From Azolla caroliniana (lineage: Eukaryota > Plantae > Polypodiophyta): a stretch of 64,000 nucleotides of DNA. Position numbers and translations under genes: made by a program. Below, piece after piece: positions 38,617-50,400 of the stretch (position 1 is its first letter; the number at the start of each line of letters is the position of its first letter). The stretch spans positions 5,580,001-5,644,000 of the forward strand of contig JBHGNT010000020.1 of NCBI GenBank assembly GCA_043228905.1, read 5' to 3'. The notes beneath the pieces were generated by a model, which saw only the letters and a program-made list of their open reading frames with translations, did no database searches and was not told where the DNA came from.

Positions 38617-41079
38617 CATTAGAACCTTGAGGACTCTGATCGGGCTCGTGTGGATGTGTACCTTACCTCAGGGTGCAACGAACTCGGTGGCTCATATGTT
38701 GAATGTCATGAACAAGGTCTTGAAGGATTGCATCCCGAACATCACGATGCCGTTCTTGGATGATATTCCAATAAAAGGATGTTCGGATGAGGAGAAAGAT
38801 GAATCGAAAGATAAGGACGGGTGTAGAAAGTTCGTTGCGGATCATATGAAAGATTGTGAGAAGGTGCTCCAAAGGCTCGAAGATGTGAATTTGACATTTT
38901 CGGTAGAAAAATCCGCATTTGGGCAACTAGAGATCTTGGCGGTAGGTCACTTGTGCAGAGCATACGGACGGAAGCCTTCGCCATCCAAGGTGAACGCGAT
39001 CCAGGATATGAAAGAAGAATGTGTAAACCAAACGGTGGTTCGAAGGTTTCTTGGAGCATGCACGTTTTATCATATCTGGATTCCGCACTACGCTCATGTC
39101 GTCGAGCCTTTATATGGATTGTTAAAGAAAGAATGAAGTTTGAATGGTGAGACGAGCACACAAACGCGATGCGAAGATTGAAGAAACTACTTCTTGAAGC
39201 TCCAGCACTAAGAAAGGACGACTATACCGAAGGGAAGCCGATTTATGTGATTGTAGATACGAGCCCAGCCGGAATTGGGACATCAACCAAGAAGGAGAAG
39301 ATAATGCACGGTATGCCATCCGGTTTGGAGCAAAGGTTCTCAGTGGACAACAACAAAGATACCCCCAAGTCAAGCGAGAACTTTGGGGTATTGTGTCGGC
39401 AGTGAAGACGGACAAAGACTACCTGATCGGGTCGGAAGTGATAATTGAGACAGATTGTCTCCCAATCCTCGGGATGATCTCAGGATGTGTGACACCAGAT
39501 CTAGCTATGCTAAGGTGGATCGCCTATGTCAAGTCTTTAAACCCAGAGATCCGCCATATTGCAGTGAAGAAGAACGCCATGGATGACATGTTGTGGAGGG
39601 CAAGATTTGAGAATGAAAGTGACATGATTTCAGAAGATGAAGACGTCACCCTCGACTTCTTCAAGATGGCTCGACTATCGGTGGAAGACAAGGACACGCT
39701 AACCCTCCACGCCTTCAACGAGGACGAGTACGAATGAGAGTGGTTACTGATCGGCCGATTCCTAAAAACAATGACGGCGGATGCTTCGTTGACGAAGGAG
39801 GAGGCCCTACGAATCTTGAAGAAAGCTTACCAATACTTCTTCAAGGGAGGCTTCATTTGGTGACACCCAAAAAGAAGGACTGGAATACCACATCAAGTGG
39901 TGGTGAAGAAAGAAGAGCAAGTGATGCTAATGACCGAATTCCACGAGAGTGCCTGGGCAGGTCATAGAGGAACATGGGCGACGTTCGAGAAGTTGAAGGA
40001 GAAGTACTGGTGGCCAAGCATGTACAAAGATGTACTCCACTTTGTGTCCACATGCAAAACATGCCAAGTACATTCGAATATACGTCATCGTGATGAGCTA
40101 TGACCGACATACCCGCTCACCATACACTTCAAATGGATGGTGGATCTGGTCTCAATGCCAATGGGAGTGGGACAAATGAAGTACTTAGCTCTGGCAAGAG
40201 AAGACTTGACAAATCAAGTGGAAGGACAGGCCTTGACAAATAAGACAACGTCGGCTGTTTGCAAATTTCTACTCGAAGAGTTTGTCTGCCGATACGAATG
40301 TGTGGGAAAGATAGTTGCCGACCGAGGGGAGTTGGATGCACACGAAGCAACGGAGCTTTTCGAACGACTAGGCGTGAAGCTCTCTCTCACGACTGCCTAC
40401 AATCCAGAAGCAAATGGGAAAGATCGAGCGAGGGCATGGACCTATCGTCAAAGGCATCGTACGAGCATGCAATGGTCGAGTCGGGAATTGGCCACGACTA
40501 TTGCCCTATGCCTTGTGGGCTCACAGAACGACACACAGCTTGGTGACAGGGTATATGCGAACGGAGCTTATGTATGGACAAAAGCCGATAATGCCCATCG
40601 AAAGGACGATCGCCTCATGGGTAGTGATACCATGGGAGAACGAGATGAGCCGAGAAGAGTTATTAGCGGCACGGATAAGGCAACTTGAAAGAAAACCTGA
40701 AGATCTAGAAAAAGCGCGAAAGATGATGGAGGCAGCCCAAGTGAAGAACAAAATTCGGTTCGACAAGACGCATTGACTGCGTCCCAAGAAGATCGAAGAA
40801 GGAGATTGGGTATTGGTCTATGACAACATCCTTGACAATCAACATAGTACAAAAAGAAAGTTCGCAACAAGATGGTTCAGATCGTATGTGGTGACAAGTG
40901 CCAACAATAATGCCACATACCACCTTGAGGAGCTAGACGAATCAATGTTGGATGTACCCATTGCAGGGAAAAGAGTAAAGATTTTCAAGAAAAGACAAGA
41001 CGAGGATCCTGACCTCGATCACCTCGACGATGAAGATAATAGGGCGGATGTGAATGAAGACGTGGAGGAATCTGATTGA
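38617..41079 (+). pseudogene. Element A pol, 3' part (RT, RH, INT)
   Basis: LPQGATNSVAH, PFLDDIPIKG, VIVDTS, CKTCQ, VADRGE and YNPEANG, with many stops and frameshifts. Confidence 0.92.
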
Positions 41080-41151
41080 TCACCGTAGCCGAAATCTCAC
41101 GCTCTCTCTTCTTGGCACGTACCGGAGGACGTGCGGTTTGGTGGGGGTGGA

Positions 41152-42412
41152 TGTCGTGAAGATTTTTGGCAATAGTGTGAAACTTGTGAGGAATATACAA
41201 AATCGAGTGTGGTTCTTCTCATGAAATATAAAACAATAATAGTGAAGATACTATTTAAATAAGTTTAATATCTTGGTACAAATAGATAGAGGTCTTGAAG
41301 AGCTTTTGAATGCACTTTACTATGTAGGAAACAGACATCTAAGTGTCAAGTTATGTGGGTATGAAGTTTGCAAAGAATAAGAGAAAAATAAAACAATGTG
41401 ATATCGCACATAGACAAGACAAATAAGGATCCCACAATATAAAAGGCTGAGCAAAAGCTATTATCTTTGTGTCTATGTGTGGAGCATAGAAAGGTTAAGT
41501 TGTATGACTTAATGAATGGATGTAGCCAAATGCATATAACTATGTGTTTTGGACGGATCCGGCAACGGCAAGAAACGGAGACGGCATCCGGTGACGGACA
41601 TCCGATGACGGATCCGGTGACTGGTGAGGGACGGCGACGGAACCGGTGACCGATGACGGACGGAGACGGATCCGGCGAAGGAACCAGTGATCGGCATCCG
41701 GCGACCAGTGACGGACGGCGATGGACACATGACCGGCATTCGGCATCCGGCGACTTCTGGATGCAGACCGAACCGGGCCAAACCGAATGGGTGCAAATCT
41801 GACGGATCGCGGTGCATGGTGTTTTAAAGATATTTGGTCCAAAAGCCTAATAGTATTTTGTGCTTTAAAAGGGACGTAAGCAAGACTTAAACCTTGCACC
41901 TCCAAGATAGGAGACAATAGACTTACCACTAGACTATGTCATTTCCTTAGAAATGTTTTTCCTATCATTATAGTTTTACATGCAAATTCTCATATTAGAG
42001 CTTGATTGAGTGACATGTGATGCATGAGCGCCAAATGGCAAACATGCATCACATGCATTCCATGCATTGTATGCATGTCTTGTACCCTCACATGCATCAT
42101 ATGCATGGGAGCATCTATAAAAGGGTGGATGAAAAAGATCAAAGGGGAGCAATGTATTAATCAAGAAATTGAAAGTAAGAAATTTGTTATCCAATTGAGG
42201 TATCAATATTGTTCTTCAAATCTAAAGTCAAGAGTTCAATCTTAATCTCTCTCAATGTAAAGTCAAGTGTTCTATCTTATCTCAATCTCTCTCTCTTTCA
42301 ATCTATCTTAATTCCTTTCTCGCTAAAGCTAGTGCAAACTTCGAGTTCTTCCGGTCCAGAACCCTGGTGGTTCCACCTCACGATCCGCGTGTAGTGACGG
42401 ATCTTCACGACA
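41152..42412 (+). repeat. Element A 3' LTR (about 1.26 kb)
   Basis: 12-bp perfect terminal inverted repeat TGTCGTGAAGAT/ATCTTCACGACA. It follows the PPT and has a TATA-like CTATAAAAGGG at about 42115. Confidence 0.93.
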
Positions 42413-44777
42413 ACATACTAGACGCGGTCGCGGGCCATGACATGTATAGTTTTCTAGATGGTTTTAATGGATAAAATCAGGTACACATGCACCCTAACGA
42501 CCAGGAGAAGACTGCGTTCGTCACGGATTGGGGTGTTTTTGTCGCTATGGTCATGATGTTTGGGCTAAAGATGGCGCCTGCCACTTTCCAGCAAACAATT
42601 ACGGAGATTTTTGGGGAGTACATACCCGCCTTTATGCAAGTCTTTCTCGATGATTTCGTGCTATATGGAACACGAAGTGAACATTTGGGCCATCTCCGAG
42701 TTTGTTTGGAGCGCTGTCGTACGTCACGCCTCAGCCTTAATCCGGCCAAATGTGCCTTCAGCGTCACCAATGGGGCGCTTCTCGGACACATCGTAAGCAA
42801 GGAAGGGATAGTGGTTGATCCAAACAAAATCACGGCAATCATTGAAGCAAAGAATCCGACTAATGCCAAAGCCCTCAGCCGCTTCCTAGGTCAAATATGT
42901 TGGCATAGCCGCATGTTACGGTACTTGGTGGATTTTGCGACCCCATTACATGCCGCCATACATCGAACACCCTTCAAGTGGACGGCAATAGAAGAGAAAT
43001 CTTACGAAGCACTCAAGATAATGTTAACCACCAAATTGGGTTAAACCTTTTCACGTCTTTGTGGATGCCTCAGATATAGCAATAGGCAGCGCATTAATGC
43101 AACTCACAGAGCCGAATTGGTACAGACTGGTCTATTACGCCAGTCGTAAGTTATCAACTGCCAAGAGGAACTACTCCACAACCGAGCGTGAAGCCTTGGG
43201 GATGATATATAGGATCAACAAATTCTGGCATTATCTGCTAGGGAGCAAATTTACGTTTCATGTAGATCACGCGGCGTTACTGTATCTAGTTGAGAAACAG
43301 GCGCTAACAAGGAAGCTAGCCAGATGGATGTTGTTGCTCTAGGAGTTCGATTTCGCAATACAGCATCGGCCGGGCACGAAGCATGCCGTAGTTGATTTCT
43401 TACGGAGAGTTGATAATGGAAATAATGTGGTGAGGGACGATGACGACTTTCCTGACGCTGACATTCTGAGGATCGCAACTATGGCGTCACGGGCAGAAAC
43501 TGGTAGAAATGACGTACTTTTTGACCACGGGATTGCCACCTCCGCAGCTAAGGATGGATGAAAAGAAATGACTGGTTGTCCACAATCGTAACTTTTGTCT
43601 GGTCGAAGGAGTACTTTACCACAAAGGCAACGATGGGATCTAGCGACGCGGGATACGCCAGGATGAAATGGAAGCTGTTCTGCGCGAAGCCCACTGCAGA
43701 ACAACTGGGCGACATTACGTGGGTGATGTTATGACCCGAAAAATATGGCAAGCAGGTCTATGGTGGCCAACTACAGAAAAAGGCGTGTATCAATACTATA
43801 GACAATGAGATCTATGTCAACGGTTGGGGCAACCTACGGAGCTCGCAAGGATGCCACACCAACCGGTTCTTCCGCTGGATCCATTCCAGAAATGGGGTCT
43901 GGATTTTGTTGGTCCCTTTATGTCGGTAGTAGCACGGACCGGCAATAAGTACATTCTCGTAGCCATGGATTACTGCACTAAGTGGGTAGAAGCAAAAGCA
44001 TTATGGGATAATACGGCAGCATCCACGGAAAAATTTCTTTACGAATACATTTGGTGTCGTTTTGGTTGCCCAATCAAGCTTATCAGTGATCAAGGGAGCC
44101 ACTTTCTAAATTCGGTCATCTACGACCTAACTCACCATTACGCCGTAGTGCATAATAAGAGCAAGCCATATTACCTACAGGCGAATGGGTTAGCGGAGTC
44201 CACGAACAAGACATTACAGACCATAATGAAAAAGATCGTGAATGAGAATAGAACAGACTGGGATACCAAGCTGCACAACGCTTTGTGGGCATATCGAACG
44301 AGTTACAAAACTAGCATACAGTCCACACCTTTCCGGCTAGCGTTTGGGTTAGAAGTCGTAATGCTCATCAAATTCCAGGTGCCCAGTTTAAGGATTCAAG
44401 TACGAAACCGACTGTCAGAAGGCAAGTCTGAGCAAATACGGCTACAACAACTTCTTGAATTAGGCGAGGCTCGGGTCCATACTATGGTCATACTCGAGCA
44501 AGAGCAACGACAGCGTAAAGCATTCGTGGATCAACATCAGGGCACACAGGAGAAATGCTTTGCAGTTGGGAAGGTCGTATTGGTCTTTCAAACACGCATG
44601 GGTCAAATGCCAAGTAAGTTATGGTTCCATTGGACAGGGCCGTACGGGATAGTTGGAGCGGAAAATGGCACCTTCCAATTGGGTACCCTCGCTGGAGTTG
44701 TACTTCGGCAAAAAGTGAATGGGTTCCGATTAAAACCTTATCTGGGACCTACGCCCTCGAACCCATTCACGCCGTAA
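42413..44777 (+). pseudogene. F pol fragment (RT, RNase H, integrase)
   Basis: ORFs 42487-43044, 43061-43342 and 43824-44777. Confidence 0.92.
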
Positions 44778-45138
44778 CTGACATGTCAGAGGGGTCCTGA
44801 CACTAATCAGTAGCTGGGACCCACTTGTAATAAAATGTAACAGTAATATTGTAATTTACCATTAAAAAAAGAAAAAAAAAGGAGAAGATAGTCGCGACTA
44901 TTAAAAGGTGTTTATGCATGCACAAATTCCAAGATCAAGAACACGCGACACCACGATGTCACATAGGCCAATGAACCCTAGAACACAAAAAGAGGGAAAA
45001 AGAAGGTTTTTTGCACACTACAGAAAACGGACTAACTCTCCCCGCCCTCCTCACTGTCCTCGCTCCCCACCATACCACAGATTCCATGCTCACTGTGGTT
45101 TGAGAGCTTCACCTATTCTACACGAGCCTCTTCCACTC

Positions 45139-46978
45139 ATGATGCCGATCACCATCTCTGCAGCTTTATGCACGTGGCTCCTGGAAAAGGGTTTTGAGGG
45201 GTATATTAGGGTCACCAAGGCACCAACACACCTTGATGCTCTCAACATCGCCAAAAAGCTCAACGTGGACACTGTGACAAACACCACCATTCGGAAAAAA
45301 ATGGACCTATCCGCGAATGGGGAGAAACACTTCGACATCCCCCCTAAAACTCTAGAAGTATATTTTGGAGAATATTCCTTATCAGCCAAGGCATACAGGA
45401 CGAAAGACATCCTGAACCCATTCTTTCGGGAAATAGCCAAGTTCCTACTTGAGGTCAGTTGTGTGCACGTCAACGCGTACGGGATGCCAAAATAGAAGGC
45501 GGGCATCATCATTGATACATTCGAAGGGCGCGCAGTAGATTGGGGAGTGATTACGGGACCAATGCTAAGAGAGGGCCTGCAAGCATACCAGGTCGGCAAA
45601 AAACTAAGGCTGATTATACAACAGTACCTTACGATACTGTTTCCGCCTCGCGGTCTGCCCGCCCTACCGCCTAGTAAACCTACGCCTCCGCCATGATCCG
45701 CGAAATGGCGGTTATCAGAATTGGCAACCACGAAATGGGAAGAGGAACCACAACCTTCCCACCCCATAGCACAACCGATGTAGTCAGAACAACTAGCAAG
45801 GACGGTCGAAGCACCAACAGCAACGAATGAGCAAGAAACGAAACAGAATAATGAAAGCCCTAATCAAGATAAGCAGGCAGCAAAACGTAGGGATTCGCCA
45901 CATGGGCATTGAATTTACCCCATTGAATACGACCCTTGTCGAAGTACATAGGGAATTCGCCACATTCAGTATGGGAGCCAAATATATGGCTATCAAAAAT
46001 AAAAATGTCTAGAAAACAGTCAAACTGACTCAAGCCCAACTACAGAAGGCCCATGAGCGCATTGCAGAATTAGAACGCACCACAACTACGGCGCAACAAG
46101 ACCCTGGACTAACATCCAGCAATGACGCATCGATGACTTTACAAGAGGAGGTCGAAGCACAAACCGCCATCGCCGCAAAGGCAAAAAGAGCTACGCAGTT
46201 AGCCGAGTCCGAGATTGACTGCCTCTGCACGGAACTTTGCCAATCATTAGACAGAGAAAAGGATATCCAGGGAAAAGGAAGAAGGGCGGTGAAAGCACTG
46301 GAAGATAAGCTCGAGGAGGAGACAACAGCGCATACCCGCACAAAAGAAGAAAACAGAAAGTTGCGCGAGGAAGCCCAAAAGACAGAAGTCGTTATCACGG
46401 GACTCCGAGAGGTATTGGAAAAGAAGAAAGCATGGTACGAGGAAAAACTCGTGCGGGAACGGGAACTTAAGCATCAGGTAGAAGTCCGCCTGAATAATGA
46501 AATGGGCCGGCTTGAGGAACTACACTTGAAAGAATCCCAGTTATGGGCAAAGATGAAGAGCCTCTATGAGGAAGCGGCTACGGTCAATAAACATAAAATC
46601 GAAAACCTCAAGAAAACCCTGGACGAAGCGCAAACCCACTCCCAAACGATAACAGACAATGTACGCATTCTTCTTCAAATAATTTGCGAGCGGGTTACGG
46701 GACAGTTGAAAGCAGCGTTGGACAAAGGATGGATGGTGTGGGCAACGCAAGCAACAGAATTACACAGCTACCGAGTGGACTGGGAGAACCGACGAAAAGA
46801 AGGCAGAGGCTTCTACAAGCTCAATGAGGAAAGCATTGCGGCAGTACGCGAGGACCTAGCGTAGGACTATCGCATGCTAGCAAACCAACACTTCGAAGAA
46901 CTCACGCAGCTGTTGGAAGATTTCAGGGAAAGTCAAGAAGACATTTTCCGCCAGCTAATGGAGATCCACAGCGAATAG
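45139..46978 (+). pseudogene. F extra 3' ORF (env-like position): globular N-terminal half, Pro linker, coiled coil
   Basis: About 610 codons with several stops and one frameshift. Contains FEGRAVDWG and an E/K/R-rich heptad region at 46133-46864. It ends TAG TAG just before a purine tract. Confidence 0.7.
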
Positions 46979-47453
46979 TAGAGGACGGAGACAATTGTGG
47001 TACCAGATAGCGATTCTGTCGAACAATATGAGCCTCAACCTAATTCGAATAACCCACCGGAGGTGACCACTACGCCTGTCCACGCTACAGAAGATACAGA
47101 TAGGGAAGAACCCCGTCCGACCGCTTGCCCACAGACTAAAGAGCCAACGCGAGAACCACGGAGGAATGATCCAGATACCGAACCAACTGCGTCAGCCTTG
47201 ATCACGCAGAGTAAAGATGACAACATGGGAACTCACACACCGGCCGAGCGTGGTGAAATGGATGGCACACAATTATGAGTCAGTCGAGCAGAACAACGAA
47301 GCACCTACGGACGTCACGCCGTCTCCGGACCATGTTGTATGGATGGACATTTTGAACGATGAGTAGAGGAACGGGTCCAACATGCCATGGCACTGTCCCA
47401 CAGGCGTGCCAAGTGTTGTCCGCCGGACCTAACATTTAAACGAATAGAATATA

Positions 47454-50400
47454 TGTAAAAGATTATGTGCCGAAGCGTCAGACAAACCAGCCTTGCCGGA
47501 TAGCAATAAAGAGAAAGAGATAGACATTAACACACACAAAGAGTGTATGGGGGAGAGACAGATAGAGAGAGACAACAGAACGTTCAAAAAATTCTATTAC
47601 AAAACAATAATAGTTCTCTGTACATAAAACGTGCTCAACAACACTATTTATACAAGTCCTAAGAGGACTGATAGAAGTATGGTGTACTTCAATGCTCACT
47701 CAAGCGTCTGACACTAACTATGAGACTATTAACTATCTAGTAGTCTAGGCTACTACTAGGCTTCCGGTTACTATTTGATCTAGTTAACCGGCTCCCCAGC
47801 TCACCGGCTCAATTGATCACCGGCTCACCGATCCGTCTCACCGATCCGGCTTCATCCTTCCGGATGTCGATCCTGATTCGGTTGAGCATGCCGCTCAACA
47901 CTCCCCCTCAAGCTCAACTTGAGGTCGGATCGTAGTGTTAGTCTCCATGGTCGCCGGTCCTTCCACCCGGCTCCTTCGGGCATCACTCCGCCTTGATTGC
48001 GTTCCTCGTCCGGTCCGGTCCCGTTTGCCACGACCCTTCTAATTCTGCGCACCTCGACCTCCTCGGTCGGCTTGTCTGCTCAATAGGCCTAATTCGGCTT
48101 CCTCGTTGTTGTGACTTCAGTGCTTGTCGACCTGCCGGTTCCTTCGTGTTGGCGTCGACCTCCGTTGCCCTCTCATCCATTTGGCCTTCAAGTTGATCCA
48201 GTTCTTCCGAATCCGTCTGTTGAACTGTATCGACTGTCTCCGATTTGTTCCAGCTCTTGTCTGAATCAGTCGCTCCCGATTCCAGCTTCCGGTTCCAGGC
48301 CCTTCACCACATCGGACCACGTTCGGGTCTTGGCCTTCTTCTTCCGGTCGGCTCTGTCTTTCTTGACTTTGCCGCTAGTGCCACTTCATCCGACTTGTTT
48401 GGATGTGTCAACTTCCTTTGTCGATTCGGCTCCTTTCTTCTTCTTGTCTCCCTCTTTGTCGGTTCTTCCCTCACCGACACAATCGGTAGTTTCTTTGCCT
48501 TTGCCTGTTCCAATGTCTTTGCCCGTTCTCCCCCTCAAGTGTGGCACATCGAGATGCTGAACACCAAGCATTTCGGTGAAGTGTTGCAACTTGTCCGATC
48601 CGAGCGGTTTGGTGAAGATGTCGGCAACTTGCCGATCTGTATGAACATACTGAAGTTCGACTTCACCGCTCAGCACACGCTCACGCATGAAGTGGTAGTG
48701 CACTTCTATGTGCTTTGTGCGAGCATGGAATACGGGGTTCTTGGTGAGCTGCATACTACTTATGTTGTCGCAGTAGATTAGTATCAGGGTCGGCACCTCG
48801 ATCCGCAGGTCTTGCAGCAATCGCCGAAGCCAAATGGTTTCACAGGTGGCAATGGTAGCGCCCCGGTATTCAGCCTCAATGCTCAAAAGGGCCATTGTTG
48901 GCTGCTTTTTGCTACTCCACGCAATAGCCGCGTTACCAAGCGAAAACATATAGCTGGAGGTGGATCGACGATCCGTTGCATCGTTGGCCCAATTGGCATC
49001 GGTGTAGCCGACTAGCTCTTCGGTTATACCATGTCGGTATAACAGTCCTCGTTCCTTCGTGCCGCTCACATATCGCAAAATTCAATGCGCGCACAGAAGG
49101 TGCTCCACGGTCAGGTTCTGCATATATTGGCTGATCACGCCGACCGGATAACTGATGTCGGGTCAGGTGATTGTCAAATATATAAGGCTTCCATAAGTGA
49201 CGAAGATGAAGATGGTGACGGTGACAACAATGACGGTTTTGACGATGAAGAAGGTAAAATGTAGCTTGTCTACAAGTTGCATGATGGAACGTGGTGACAG
49301 TGAAGGGCGGTTTGTGCCCGTAAGTGACAACGACGAAGATGGTGACAGTGACAACAATGACGGTTTCGACGATGAAGAAGGTAAAATGTAGCCTGTCTAC
49401 AAGTTGCATGATGGAACGTGGTGCGAGTCTCATCATATCCTAGAGGTCATCCTGTGCATGTATCTCATTCGTACTATTCGGTACACCCCCTGATGGACTA
49501 TGTACTGCTAATAAAAACATGACTTCGTGTGAGTTGTAGCCTTCGGGTGAGCCAAAGATAAAAAAATACTAAAGTAGTATAAATATATATAGAAAAAATA
49601 TATAAGGCTTCTGACGATCTATCGGAACCGTTTCTCATCACAGGCCGGTCTGGAATCGGGACGGAGCTTTTGGTTCCGGTTCAGGGGTGTGGAGATAGGT
49701 CGTCATTCCGTCATGCCGAACTTGTACAGCATATTCAACACATAGTGTCTCTGTGAGAGCAATATGCCGTCGGGGGTTCGGATCACCTTGATCCCAAGGA
49801 AATAGTGAAGGTCCCCCAGGTCCTTCATCTCAAATGCGTCAGACAGCTGGGTCTTGACTCGGTTGATTTCACCGAGTCCGGGTCTGGTGATGACTAGGTC
49901 ATCAACATACACCAGAATGCAAACCGGACCATCCGGACCTTGCCGGATGAACAACGAAGAGTCGGACTTGGAGGCCACAAACCCCATCTTATGCAACCAG
50001 TGCGTGATCTTCGCATTCCAAGCTCGAGGGACTTGCTTCAGGCCATAAAGTGCCTTCTTCAGCCGGCATACCGCCGACTTGTTCATCTCCGACTAGAAAC
50101 CGGGGGGTTGGGTCATAAAAACCTCTTCTTCAAGATCGCCTTGAAGGAATGCATTCTTCACGTCCATTTGGTGAAGATGCCACCCCCTTGCCACAACAAC
50201 CGCCAGCACCACACAAACCATCGTCATCTTCGCGACCAGAGCGAAGGTCTCGTCGTAGTTGATTCTGTGGGTCTGCACGTATCCCTTCGATACTAACCAG
50301 GCCTTGTACCGGTTAACCGAGCCATCGGCATTGTACTTTACTTTGTACACCCACTTACATCTGATCGGTGTACAGTGTCGGGGAGGGCCAACTAGGTCCC

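Larger units (their letters stand above)
16949..42412 (+). mobile_element. Ty3/gypsy element A (non-chromovirus, tRNA-Trp primed, Phygy/Selgy-like), interrupted by C1a, B and C1b
   Basis: The 5' LTR remnant (16949-16959 plus 22584-22732) matches the end of the 3' LTR 41152-42412. PBS at 22741-22758, gag-pro 22805-24990, pol pieces at 24990-25650, 32605-32920 and 38617-41079, PPT at 41140-41151. Confidence 0.92.

Noticed and set aside
38246-39136. 296-aa ORF suggesting a novel LTR-RT fusion gene
   Set aside because: Chance read-through from the C1b LTR into the interrupted RT of element A.
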